This document shows, one piece after another, positions 1 to 9,584 of a DNA stretch of 64,000 bases (positions are counted from its first letter, which is position 1; every line of letters starts with the position of its first letter). The DNA is from an uncultured Gemmataceae bacterium. GTDB lineage: Bacteria; Planctomycetota; Planctomycetia; Gemmatales; Gemmataceae. The notes under the pieces were generated by a model. The model was not told the DNA's origin, ran no database searches, and worked only from the letters and a program-made list of their open reading frames with translations. Made by a program: the position numbers and the translations under genes. The stretch spans positions 2,720,001-2,784,000 of the forward strand of contig CAVVPN010000003.1 in assembly GCA_963750165.1 (NCBI GenBank). Reading direction: 5' to 3'.

Positions 1-1
1 G

Positions 2-193
2 CACCTGCTGACCGCCGCCTCCCCGCAGGAATGGCAGACGACCGTCGCGGACCTGTTCGACCAGCCTGAACGGCGGCGGCAACTCGGCGACGCGGGGCGG
101 CGCTTTGTCCTGAACCACCATCACTGGGATCGCTGCCTGGAGCCGATGGCCGCGCTGCTCGGCCTGCCCACGACCGCGGCCGCGGCGGTGTAG
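2..193 (+). CDS. C-terminal end of a GT4-type glycosyltransferase (partial, runs off window start)
   Basis: Frame from base 2 reads HLLTAASPQEWQTTVADLFDQPERRRQLGDAGRRFVLNHHHWDRCLEPM...AAAV-TAG, a typical GT-B C-terminal helix pattern (RRxLGxAGRxFV...xW). Confidence 0.7.
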   Translation, partial: HLLTAASPQEWQTTVADLFDQPERRRQLGDAGRRFVLNHHHWDRCLEPMAALLGLPTTAAAAV

Positions 194-252
194 CGCCGGC
201 GTGCCCCTCCTGAGACTGGCACGGCCAGTCCTCGGCTGTCGCCGCCTGACCG

Positions 253-313
253 AGCAAGGGGGCCAAGGAGGCCAAGGGGGCCAACTTTTTCATACGTCGA
301 GAAGCGGCGCCCT
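253..313 (+). repeat. Dispersed ~61-bp element with three 9-nt units (CAAGnnnGC) followed by CAACTTTTT; second copy at 60179-60239 on the minus strand
   Basis: Ungapped manual alignment to the reverse complement of 60179-60239 gives 48/61 identities. Confidence 0.75.
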
Positions 314-419
314 TGCTGCACCGGCTCCGCGACGCTCCGCCGCAACTTGCCTGAACGCCCTGCCGACATTTGGTTTCGCTCCGCCTGTTGAACTGCGATT
401 ACTGTCCCAACGGGTGACC

Positions 420-1927
420 ATGCGACTTCCCTTTCCATCACCAACGGCGGACCCACGGACGGACCCGCCTGTTGTCAGGGCAGCTTACTACTGGTGGGCG
501 GCGCTGTGTCTGCTGACGCTGGCCATCTACGGCAATCTGCTCCCCCTGAACTTTCAACCGCGGCCGCTCGGCCAGGCTGTGGCCGCCGTGTGCCAGTTGA
601 CGTTGATCGATCTCTGGGACGTGAACGCCCGCGGCGACTGGGTGCTCAGCACCGCCCTGTTCGCCGCCCTGGGCTTCACCCTGATGGCGGCGCGGTGCGT
701 CAACCGCGACCGCCGCGCCGACCTCCGGGCCGCCCTGATCGTGCTGCCGTTCGGCCTGTTGCTGAGCGTGTTCATTGAATTCCTCCAGGTGTTCTTCCCG
801 CCGCGCACCGTCTCGCTGAACGACGTGGTCGTGGAGGGAACCGGCATGCTCCTCGGTATCCTGGCGTGGGTCGGCGGCGGCCGGCGCTTCACGGAATGGG
901 TGCGCCGGCTCGGCTCGGCCACGACGCTCGCCGACCTGGCCAGCCATCTGCTGCCCGCTTACCTGGCGCTGACGGTCCTCATCCAGCTGGTCCCGTTCGA
1001 CCTGGTGCTCAGCCCGCGCGAACTGGGCCTCAAGGCCGCCGAGGGCCGGTTGTACCTGGTGCCGCTGGTTTCGCTGACCAAGGAACGCGGGCTGGCGGGC
1101 ATGCTCATCAAGGTGCTGGCCACTCTGGCTGTCTATTTCCCGGTGGGCTTTCTGCGCAGCTGGCCTCGAAGAAGCGCGACTGGCGCGAGGCGCTGCTGCT
1201 GGCGCTGGTGTTCCCGGCCCTGGTCGAAGCTTGCCAGCTGTTCATCTTCTCGCGCTACTTCGACACCACGGACATCGTGATGGGCGCGTTGGCCGTGCTG
1301 CTGGGCTGGTGGTGCGGGCGGGCCTTCCGCACCTCGCTGGCGCAGGAGCCGGACCTGGGGGCCGCGGAGCCGCTGACCCGGCCGCGCTCCTGGCGCTCGT
1401 GGGCGCTGCTGTTCGGCCTCGGCCTGGCGTGGCTGGCGGGAGTGCTGTATTTCAACTGGGAGCCCTTCGACTTCACCACCACCCTGCCGCCGCACGCACC
1501 CCGCGGGCCCCAGCGCTTGTCCTGGCTGCCACTGGTGGAATACTACTGGGAGAGCAAGTACAACGCCCTGGATCAGTTCTTGAAAAAGATACTGTCGTTC
1601 TTGCCGCTGGGCGTCCTGGCGGCCTTCGCCTCGCGGCGGCTGTACTCCCGGCGGCCGGTGCGGCCCCTGCTCGTGGCGGCCTTCGGGGTGGCCGCGGTGA
1701 TCGAGGCAGGCCAGTATTTCCTGCCGCTGCGCTTCCTGAGCACGACGGACCTCCTGGTGGAGTGCGGCGGCGCCTGGCTCGGCTTCCTGTTGGCCCAGCA
1801 CATCCGGGCCGTCCTGTGGGCCGAGATGACGCTCTACGGTTTCTTGAACCAATTTAAAAAGCTCGGCACTCCGCCGGCCTCCCCGCCGGGTGACCGGCCC
1901 ATGTTGCGGTGCTATCCTCCCCTTTGA
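420..1927 (+). CDS. Multi-VanZ-domain integral membrane protein, split by a -1 frameshift near 1155
   Basis: Three VanZ-like motifs: IEFLQVFFPPRTVSLNDVV, VEACQLFIFSRYFDTTDIV, IEAGQYFLPLRFLSTTDLL. ORFs 201..1280 and 866..1927 join at GFL/AQLASKK. ATG at 420. Confidence 0.75.
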
Positions 1928-2028
1928 TGGTAATATGTTGGGGCTGTCATTTCGTAACCGTTCTTCCAGAAAGCGTTCCTCCGGGAACGATCGGTTTCTG
2001 GTTGCTACCTGGTCCGAAGGGTGAACTC

Positions 2029-3498
2029 ATGGAATTGACCGAGGGGACTCCCACCCCGGGTGTGGCGGGTAAACTGGCGAAGCCGGCAGCAGTCTTGTTT
2101 ACCTTATTCGGCGTGCTCTTCTGCGTGCAGTGGCTGCTGGGGACGCTGATCTTCCCGATGTACAAGGGTCGGCTCATCGGCTACGCACCGGTGCTCCTGG
2201 GAGCGCTGCTGGGGATGCTCCTGTGTAATGAGCGCGTGCGGGGTTCGCTCAACCGCAGGATCAACTCCCTGTCGCGTGGGCAGTTTCTGTTCTGGGTGAT
2301 TGCGCTGACACTGGGACTGCGGGCCCTGGCGATCCTGTTCTTCCCCGTCGAGCCGACGAACGATCACAGCTTTTTCCACCGCTACGCCATCCACATCCTG
2401 GAAGGGAAAGGGTATGGGGGCATCCGCTGGGGGAACTTGCAACAACACCTCGGACCGAAGAGTGACCTGCGGGCTTTCTTTCCCCCCGGGATGACGTTTC
2501 TCCTGGTGGGGGGGTACGCGGTGGCCGGCCCCAGCCCGCTGGCGGGGAAGGCGCTGGTGACCCTGTTGTCGGTCGCGCTGGCGGTGCTGGTCTACGATGT
2601 CGGTCGCCGCGGAGCCTCCGAGGCGGTGGGGCGCTGGGCCGCGTTGTTGACGGCCTGCTGCCCCACGCTGGTGTTCTACTCCGCCACTCTGGGCTACGAG
2701 ACGGCCCTGGCGGTGGTGCTGGCGGCGGTCACCGACCTGGCCTTGCTGGCGCCGGCGCGACCGCGTGCCTGGCACGTGGCGGCGGCGGGGCTGCTGCTCG
2801 GGGCGGGCGCGCTGCTCAAGCCGGTCTGCCTGTTCGTCCCTGGGCTGCTGCTGGTGTGGTGGCTGCTGGCTGGGGCCGGCTGGCGGGCGCCGCTGTATGC
2901 CGCGGCCTGCGCCGTCTGCATCGCGCTGGTCGTCGCCCCGTGGACCTGGCGCAACTACCTCGTCCTTGATGCGTTCGTCCCCATCTCCACCAACGGCGGC
3001 TACGTGCTCTGGTCCGCCAACAATCCTCTTTCCACAGGCATTCACATGGATGCGGAGCCCCTTGAGGGAGAGACGGACGAGGTGACGATGGACCGGATTC
3101 GGAGTCGGGCGGCGCGGGAGTGGATCGTTGCCAACCCCCTGGCCTTCGCACGCCTCGCCGCCATCAAATCCATGATTACCTGGGGCACTTCCAGTACGAT
3201 CATGTCCTACATCTCCAACGACCGGATGGTGGCGTGGCAGGAGGCGGCGAGCATGGCGGTCCTGAACGTGGCGTGGACGGCGCTGTTGGTGATTTGCCTG
3301 TTTGCTACCTGGCGCGGCGCCTGGGGCCACCCCGCATTCTTGATCCCCTGGCTCCTGCTTGCTTACTTCTTCGCCCTCCACCTGGTGTTTGAAGCCCACA
3401 GCCGTCACCAAATCCCCGTGGTGTGGATACTGCTGCTGCTGGCGGCCTGGGGGCTGGCCGGTCAGCGCCCGGCTGCGCGAACGTCAGTTCTGAACTGA
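2029..3498 (+). CDS. GT-C fold (ArnT/PMT, GT39/GT83-like) polyprenyl-phosphosugar glycosyltransferase
   Basis: Polytopic; first loop EPTND, AFFPPG, LLKP, PWTWRNY...STNGGY motifs; close paralog of 34211..35686. Confidence 0.8.
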   Translation: MELTEGTPTPGVAGKLAKPAAVLFTLFGVLFCVQWLLGTLIFPMYKGRLIGYAPVLLGALLGMLLCNERVRGSLNRRINSLSRGQFLFWVIALTLGLRALAILFFPVEPTNDHSFFHRYAIHILEGKGYGGIRWGNLQQHLGPKSDLRAFFPPGMTFLLVGGYAVAGPSPLAGKALVTLLSVALAVLVYDVGRRGASEAVGRWAALLTACCPTLVFYSATLGYETALAVVLAAVTDLALLAPARPRAWHVAAAGLLLGAGALLKPVCLFVPGLLLVWWLLAGAGWRAPLYAAACAVCIALVVAPWTWRNYLVLDAFVPISTNGGYVLWSANNPLSTGIHMDAEPLEGETDEVTMDRIRSRAAREWIVANPLAFARLAAIKSMITWGTSSTIMSYISNDRMVAWQEAASMAVLNVAWTALLVICLFATWRGAWGHPAFLIPWLLLAYFFALHLVFEAHSRHQIPVVWILLLLAAWGLAGQRPAARTSVLN

Positions 3499-3592
3499 TC
3501 TTCACGCCCGGAGAGAATGGAAGGCGAAAACCCTGTCGCACGGCTCGTGCTGTCCCACTGTCTCTCCATGCCCTCGTCTGTAATCATGGCAC

Positions 3593-3622
3593 AGTGTAAA
3601 CCTGTCTCACGAGGTTTACACT
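3593..3622. promoter_or_regulatory. Inverted repeat / putative enhancer-binding-protein site
   Basis: AGTGTAAACCT-N8-AGGTTTACACT (11-bp perfect IR), containing TGT-N12-ACA at 3603-3620, ~115 nt upstream of a sigma54 motif. Confidence 0.6.
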
Positions 3623-3735
3623 CCACCGCACTGAACCCGGAGCAAAACCAACTTGCCCAATTGTCTAGTTTGCAAGTCAATGTCATTATATAGTTTACTG
3701 CGAACGTTCGTGTGCGGTGCCGATTGCAATTCACG

Positions 3736-3751
3736 TGGCATCGGCTTTGCT
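3736..3751 (+). promoter_or_regulatory. sigma54 (-24/-12) promoter for the wzm operon
   Basis: TGGCATCGGCTTTGCT: GG-N10-GC with near-consensus TGGCA..TTGCT in an AT-richer intergenic region. Confidence 0.7.
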
Positions 3752-3887
3752 TCAGTAAAATTCGTCCCAGGCACCAGCAAAAGCTTGGCGGTTTCCCGGA
3801 TCGTGTTGACTCTGGCTCGAACCTCCTGTGATCGTCAAGGGTACCGCAACCCCGAGCGCTTCCATACCACCCGACCAGACTTGTTTC

Positions 3888-4865
3888 ATGAGTATGAACT
3901 TGACAACGCACCAGAACAGAACGCCCGCCGGCGTTGCTTGCAACCCTTCGCCAACCAGGGTCGTGGAGCAGAAGTCTGAGGGCGAGCCTGGCTGCGCCGA
4001 GCCGGAGAACGCGCACACAATGCGAGGAGCGGCCGCCGTGCCGCTGCCCGTGACGGTCATCGAGCGCGTGCCCGGCTGGCGCTTTGTGAACTTCGTCGAT
4101 CTGTGGCGTTACCGCGAACTGATGGTCTTCCTGACCTGGCGCGACATCAAGGTCCGCTACAAGCAGACCGTGCTCGGCGCCGCCTGGGCGTTGTTGCAGC
4201 CGCTGGCCACGATGGTGGTGTTCAGTGTCTCGTTCGGTCAGTTGGCTGGAGGCGGGACCGCGGAGGTGCCATACCCGCTGTTCGTCTTCGCCGGCCTGCT
4301 GCCCTGGTTCCTGTTCGCCAACTCGGTCAGTTCCGCCAGTCAGAGCGTGGTGGGCAACCAGAATTTGGTCACCAAGGTGTTTTTCCCGCGCCTGATCATT
4401 CCGGTCAGCGCCGCCGGGGCGGCGCTGGTGGACTTCGCCATCGGCTGCGGCCTGCTGGCGGCGCTCATGGCCTGGTACGGTGCTGTGCCCGGGTGGGCGC
4501 TCCTGCTGACGCCGCTGCTGGCGCTGGCACTGCTGCTGGCGGCGCTGGGAGTTGGCATCCTGCTGTCGGCCCTGACGGTGGCCTACCGCGACTTCCGCTA
4601 CGTCCTCGGCTTCCTGGTGCAGTTGTGGCTGTTCGCCACCCCGACGGTGTTTCTGGACGCGGACCAGGTGGTGGGGCCGCGCGGGCAGTGGTTGCTGCCG
4701 CTCAACCCGGCGCACGGCCTGATTAGCAACTTCCGCCGGGCGCTGCTGGGCCAGGAACTGGACCTGTATGCGCTGGCCGTCTCCGGGGCCGTCGGCCTGG
4801 CGCTGCTGCTGGTCGGGTGCCTGTATTTCCGGCGGGTGGAGAAGTCGTTCGCGGACATCATTTGA
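3888..4865 (+). CDS. wzm: ABC-2 polysaccharide exporter permease (start uncertain: 3888/3894/4020)
   Basis: LWRYRELMVFLTWRDIKVRYKQTVLGAAWALLQPL, KVFFPR, YRDFRY, LNP, FRRVEKSFADII. Confidence 0.92.
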   Translation: MSMNLTTHQNRTPAGVACNPSPTRVVEQKSEGEPGCAEPENAHTMRGAAAVPLPVTVIERVPGWRFVNFVDLWRYRELMVFLTWRDIKVRYKQTVLGAAWALLQPLATMVVFSVSFGQLAGGGTAEVPYPLFVFAGLLPWFLFANSVSSASQSVVGNQNLVTKVFFPRLIIPVSAAGAALVDFAIGCGLLAALMAWYGAVPGWALLLTPLLALALLLAALGVGILLSALTVAYRDFRYVLGFLVQLWLFATPTVFLDADQVVGPRGQWLLPLNPAHGLISNFRRALLGQELDLYALAVSGAVGLALLLVGCLYFRRVEKSFADII

Positions 4866-4887
4866 CCCACGGAGCCGGCGCGGACCG

Positions 4888-6240
4888 ATGAAAGGCCTCC
4901 TGTTCACTTACCTGATGACCTACGGCGGCGGCCTGATGTCGCTGTTCAACCCCTACTGGGGGTTTTTGATCTATGTTTGCTTCGCGATCATCAAGCCGGA
5001 GTCGCTGTGGCACTGGTCGGTGCCGCAGGGCAATTACAGCCGCATCATCGCCATCGCCCTCCTGCTGGGTTGGTCGATGAAGGGGTTCGGCAGCTGGCGC
5101 CTCGGCAAGGCGGGGCCGATGGTGGCGTGCCTGATCGGCTTCTTGCTGTGGATGGCGCTGTCCACGGCCCGCACGCCGATCGGCGTGCCCGCCTGGCCCA
5201 TGGTCGAGAGCCTCGCCAAGGTCATCCTGCCGGTGATCGTGGGCCTGACGCTCATCGACTCGGTGGTGAAGGTGCAGCAACTCGCCTGGGTCATTCTGCT
5301 GAGCCAGGCGTACGTCGCCCTGGAGTTTAACCTGGCGTATTTCGGCGGCTTCAACGCCCTACAGGCCATTGGCTTCGGCGGCATGGACAATAACTGCGTG
5401 GCCATCGCCCTGGTCACGGCCACCGGCTTCGCGTTCTTCCTGGGCCTGTACGCCAAGAAGCACTGGCACAGGGCTTTGGCCTTCGGCTCCGCGCTCGTTA
5501 TGACCCACGCGGTCATGTTCTCGTTCTCCCGCGGTGGCGTGCTCGGGCTGATCGTCACGGGAGGCGTCTCCTTCCTGCTGATCCCCAAGAAGCCCGTGTA
5601 CTACCTGTTCCTGGTCGTGGCGATCCTGATCGGCATCCGCATGGCCGGCCCCGAGGTGCAGAAGCGCTTCTCGACGACCTTCGCCAGCCGAGAGAAACGC
5701 GACGGGTCCGCCCAGCACCGGATCGAATTCTGGGGCTACTGTGTGAAATTCATGCAGAAGGAGCCGCTCCTGGGCATCGGCACGGCCCAGTTCCCCGATG
5801 CGATCGTCCGGGACGGGTGGCATAACAAGTCCGAAGCCCACAACCTGTGGCTGCAACTGGGGGCGGAGAACGGCCTGCCCTGCCTGCTGATGCTGGCGCT
5901 GTTCTACCTGATCTGCATGTTCCATTGCTGGAGGTTGCTCCGCAGCCGCGACCCGACATTGTCCCCCGAACTCAAGCAGCTGGCGACCATGGTCTTCGCT
6001 TCCCTGGTGGGGTTCCTGGTCACGACGCAGTTCGTCAGCCTGGTCGGTCTGGAACTCGGCTACTTCGTGACGCTGGTCGGGGCCGGGGTCATCCGGCTGA
6101 GTGGTGACCCGCAACAGCGGCTGGCGCAGGAGGCCGAGTTCGAGGACGATGAGGACGCTTACGACTGGGAAGCCGAGGAACACGAGGCCCCTGCCGATCT
6201 CGCTCCGGAGGGACAGGCCGCGCGGGCGCCTGTCGGATGA
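4888..6240 (+). CDS. O-antigen ligase (Wzy_C/WaaL) family protein, resembling exosortase-associated O-glycosylation ligases
   Basis: GGMDNNCVAIAL, SFSRGG, PLLGIG and AHNLWLQLGAENG motifs; multiple TM segments. Confidence 0.85.
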   Translation: MKGLLFTYLMTYGGGLMSLFNPYWGFLIYVCFAIIKPESLWHWSVPQGNYSRIIAIALLLGWSMKGFGSWRLGKAGPMVACLIGFLLWMALSTARTPIGVPAWPMVESLAKVILPVIVGLTLIDSVVKVQQLAWVILLSQAYVALEFNLAYFGGFNALQAIGFGGMDNNCVAIALVTATGFAFFLGLYAKKHWHRALAFGSALVMTHAVMFSFSRGGVLGLIVTGGVSFLLIPKKPVYYLFLVVAILIGIRMAGPEVQKRFSTTFASREKRDGSAQHRIEFWGYCVKFMQKEPLLGIGTAQFPDAIVRDGWHNKSEAHNLWLQLGAENGLPCLLMLALFYLICMFHCWRLLRSRDPTLSPELKQLATMVFASLVGFLVTTQFVSLVGLELGYFVTLVGAGVIRLSGDPQQRLAQEAEFEDDEDAYDWEAEEHEAPADLAPEGQAARAPVG

Positions 6241-6281
6241 CGTATTTCCTTCCGTCACTGTAACCGAGACGACCCACGAAC

Positions 6282-7613
6282 ATGACCGCCGCCATTAGCA
6301 TCGACCGGTTGTCCAAGCTCTACCGTTTGGGCCAACGCCAGGGCGAGTACCGCACGCTCCGAGAATCCCTGATGCAGGCCGGGGCCGGGGTCTATCGCCG
6401 GTTGCGCCGGCTCGCCCGCGCGGTCGCCGCCCCCGGCTGGGCCGACGAGGCAGCGGCGCCGGCCGGGTCGTACTGGGCACTGAAAGACATCTCCTGTGAA
6501 ATCGCCGCCGGCCAGGTCGTTGGCGTCATCGGCCGCAATGGCGCGGGCAAGTCCACTCTGCTGAAGATCCTGAGCCGCATCACCGAGCCGACCTCCGGCC
6601 GCTGCCAGCTGCACGGTCGCGTCGGTAGTCTGCTGGAAGTGGGCACCGGCTTCCACCCGGAGCTGACGGGACGGGAGAACATCTACCTGAACGGGGCCAT
6701 TCTTGGCATGACGCGCCGGGAAATTACCCGGAAGTTTGATGAGATTGTGGCTTTCGCCGAGGTGGACCGCTTCCTCGACACCCCGGTCAAACGCTACTCC
6801 AGTGGCATGTACGTGCGCCTGGCCTTCGCGGTCGCCGCCCACATGGAATCGGAGATCCTGCTGGTGGATGAAGTGCTGGCCGTGGGCGACGCCGCCTTCC
6901 AGAGCAAGTGCCTGGGGAAAATGGGCGAGGTCAGCAAATCCGGCCGCACCGTACTGTTCGTCAGCCACAACATGGGGACGGTCCTCAGCCTTTGTGAGCG
7001 GGCCCTGGTGCTGGACCGCGGCCAGTTGAGTTACATCGGGCCGGTGGCGCAGGCGGTGGAATATTACATGAGTAGTTCCAATACGCTCATGACCGGCGAA
7101 GGGGATCTGAGCAATCATCCGAACCGGACGCCGGGGTCGCAACGCATCTTTCGAGGGTTCCGCCTCCTCAACGGCTCCCGGAAGGCGACCGATCAGTTTA
7201 TCTGCGGGTCGCCGCTCACCGTGGAGTTGACGATCGAAGTGGAGGAGCCCAGGACGGACCTCCATGTTGGAATTGTGGTGGAAGACGCCGTCGGGTGCCG
7301 GCTGTTCACCGTGGGGACCTACCTGACCGACTCCGTCCCGGTCCTGAACGGGAAGCGTCATCGGGTTCTGTGTCATCTGGACGACCTGCCGCTGGCTCCG
7401 GGCCGATATTTTCTGTCGTTGAACGCAGGACCGTTCCACCACCAGGCGGCCACGGACGTGCTGGAGCAAGTCATTGCGTTTGAAGTCATCGCCGCCGATT
7501 ACTACGGCGGGGGCAAACTGCCCCACCCGAATCGGGGCCGTTTCCTGATGCGTTCCCGCTGGGAGGCGGCGGAACTTTCTGTCGAAGATGCAGTCGAATC
7601 CATGAGCCGGTGA
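6282..7613 (+). CDS. wzt: Polysaccharide ABC transporter ATPase with C-terminal Wzt-C carbohydrate-binding domain
   Basis: Walker A GRNGAGKS, YSSGM signature, LLVDEVLAVGD, VSH; extra ~170-aa C-terminal beta domain (PLAPGRYFLSL). Confidence 0.93.
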   Translation: MTAAISIDRLSKLYRLGQRQGEYRTLRESLMQAGAGVYRRLRRLARAVAAPGWADEAAAPAGSYWALKDISCEIAAGQVVGVIGRNGAGKSTLLKILSRITEPTSGRCQLHGRVGSLLEVGTGFHPELTGRENIYLNGAILGMTRREITRKFDEIVAFAEVDRFLDTPVKRYSSGMYVRLAFAVAAHMESEILLVDEVLAVGDAAFQSKCLGKMGEVSKSGRTVLFVSHNMGTVLSLCERALVLDRGQLSYIGPVAQAVEYYMSSSNTLMTGEGDLSNHPNRTPGSQRIFRGFRLLNGSRKATDQFICGSPLTVELTIEVEEPRTDLHVGIVVEDAVGCRLFTVGTYLTDSVPVLNGKRHRVLCHLDDLPLAPGRYFLSLNAGPFHHQAATDVLEQVIAFEVIAADYYGGGKLPHPNRGRFLMRSRWEAAELSVEDAVESMSR

Positions 7614-7653
7614 GCCCGGGGCCATTACTCAAGGGAAAGGTGACAGCGAAACC

Positions 7654-8433
7654 ATGTTCGCGATGCGTGATCCGTTGACCTCGGAGACCCCGGCGACCGG
7701 CCCCAGTTTGCCCGAGTGGGAGCGGCTTCAGGGGATGTGCAATCTGGTGGCGCGCGATTTCACCCTGGAAATCGCCGTGCGGCTGTCCCTGTTTGTCCCC
7801 GGACACATTGTCGAGTTCGGGGTTTACCAGGGGCAATCCACCATGGCCATCCGCCGCGCCCTCGACAAATGGTCGCGGGCGTACCCGCGCGGCCTGGCGC
7901 CGCGCAAACGCATTTTCGCCTGCGACTCCTTCCAGGGGTTGCCGGAGAAATACGAAAAACTCCAGGAAGGGGCCTTCGCCTGTGCGGTGCCGGACCTCCC
8001 CGGCGTGGACATCGTCAAGGGGTACTTTCAGGACAGCCTGACGCCCGAACTGGCGCGCGAAGTCGGCGCTGTCTCGTTCGCCCACCTCGACGCGGACCTC
8101 TACTCCTCCACGACCTGCGCCTTGACCTGGCTCACCCCGCTGCTGCACACGGGCAGCCTGCTATTGTTCGATGAGTTTCTCGGCGAACAGGAGTCGGAAA
8201 AGCGGGCCCTGGAAGACTGGTCGCGCAAGACCGGGTTGCAGTGCCTGCCGGTGGCGGAATTCCTGCGCCCTCCCAGCGGTCACGGCGACCGGCTCGACAA
8301 GCGGGCGCTCTATCAGGTGCTCGGGCCGGAACCAGGGTTGCCGGGCGGGGCCGAGTGGCGTCCCGAACCGCTTTCCTTCAGGGAACGCTGCGGCAACGCC
8401 TGCCGTCGAATTGCGTCCTGGTTCAAACGGTAA
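7654..8433 (+). CDS. TylF/MycF (NovP)-family O-methyltransferase
   Basis: EFGVYQGQS, CDSFQGLP, VKGYFQDSL, AHLDADLYSS, LFDE. Confidence 0.85.
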   Translation: MFAMRDPLTSETPATGPSLPEWERLQGMCNLVARDFTLEIAVRLSLFVPGHIVEFGVYQGQSTMAIRRALDKWSRAYPRGLAPRKRIFACDSFQGLPEKYEKLQEGAFACAVPDLPGVDIVKGYFQDSLTPELAREVGAVSFAHLDADLYSSTTCALTWLTPLLHTGSLLLFDEFLGEQESEKRALEDWSRKTGLQCLPVAEFLRPPSGHGDRLDKRALYQVLGPEPGLPGGAEWRPEPLSFRERCGNACRRIASWFKR

Positions 8434-8505
8434 CGCTGATTTCAGCCTGGCTCGCGCAGCCCAGGGGCGCGCGGATTCTTAACTCAGCGAGTGAGAGGAC
8501 AACAG

Positions 8506-9492
8506 ATGAGCACGCCAATGCTTCAGAACCCGGTGGCCCCGACCGCAGGGGAACTACCCCCGGAGGCCGCCGCCCGGTTGCGGGGGATCATTGACGGGAA
8601 CTATCACCGCGGCGGCCTGAAGTGCCAGCGGTTGTTCCGCGTGGACGACCAGTTTTTCGCGACTCTGGTGGCGGAAGTGAAAACATTGGTCGAGAAATAC
8701 ACGCCGTCCGCCGTCAAGGACAAAGACCATGTCACCAACTGGACGAACCCGTACGGGACCGCCGTCCAGTTCTCGCTGTTCAACGAGTCCGGCAAATTCG
8801 ACGATTTCTCGACGGACCACAACCGCACCCGGCAGGGCAAGCGGTTCCATTACGCCGAAGAATTCCCGACCCTGGCCCGGTTCATCGACGCATTCCCCCA
8901 CGCCTACAACATGCGCCTGAACGGCATGGGCAAAAAATCCGGCCTGTCGCCCCATGAGGAACACGTGGTGTCGCAGTCCTCGGACGGCAACCACGTCCAG
9001 GTCCGCGCTCGCTTCCATCTGCCCGTGGCCACGAACCCTGGGGCCGAGATGTTTCTCGATGGGGAAGTATTCCATTTTGAAGCGGGCTCGGTCTACTTCT
9101 TCAACAACGGTTGCATTCATTCGGCGTCGAACTCTGGCGAGACGTTCCGGTATCACTTTGTCTGGGACACGCTGCTGAACCAGGAAGCGCATGACTGGAT
9201 GTTCGTGGGCTCCCAACCTGCCCGCGAGGTGGAGTTCTTGCGGCGGCTCCACGGGGACGACACAGTGTGCCAGCCGTTGCGTCAGCTCCGCATCGGCGCC
9301 TACGCGCCCAGCGGCGAGGGGATGCGGCTGTACGACAAGTTCAAACTCAAGTACCTGCTGATCAAGCCGCACTGGTGGCAGAACTTTTACAACGGGCGCG
9401 AATACCGTCAGGTCTCGAAGATGCCGGTGCGCTGGTGGGAGTCCGCCACGGCGGACGCCGGGCAGATGTACGGTCACGACATCCGTGATTAA
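8506..9492 (+). CDS. Aspartyl/asparaginyl beta-hydroxylase-like 2OG-Fe(II) oxygenase
   Basis: LSPHEEH (HxE), RFHLPV.TNP, YFFNNGCIHSASN (distal His), RYHFVWD (Arg). Confidence 0.7.
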   Translation: MSTPMLQNPVAPTAGELPPEAAARLRGIIDGNYHRGGLKCQRLFRVDDQFFATLVAEVKTLVEKYTPSAVKDKDHVTNWTNPYGTAVQFSLFNESGKFDDFSTDHNRTRQGKRFHYAEEFPTLARFIDAFPHAYNMRLNGMGKKSGLSPHEEHVVSQSSDGNHVQVRARFHLPVATNPGAEMFLDGEVFHFEAGSVYFFNNGCIHSASNSGETFRYHFVWDTLLNQEAHDWMFVGSQPAREVEFLRRLHGDDTVCQPLRQLRIGAYAPSGEGMRLYDKFKLKYLLIKPHWWQNFYNGREYRQVSKMPVRWWESATADAGQMYGHDIRD

Positions 9493-9507
9493 AACGGGTT
9501 GCAGTCG

Positions 9508-9547
9508 TGTCCGGTAGCCGAAGTCTCACGACTTCGGCTACCGGACA
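9508..9547. repeat. GTAG-type REP-like palindrome
   Basis: 18-bp perfect stem TGTCCGGTAGCCGAAGTC / GACTTCGGCTACCGGACA, loop TCAC; core resembles the REPs at 51690 and 63404. Confidence 0.8.
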
Positions 9548-9584
9548 TCGCTACCGCCACGAGCGGAGATTACGGGAAGGGGAG

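Noticed and set aside
217..232. TGGCACGG as a sigma54 -24 box
   Set aside because: No GC at the -12 position
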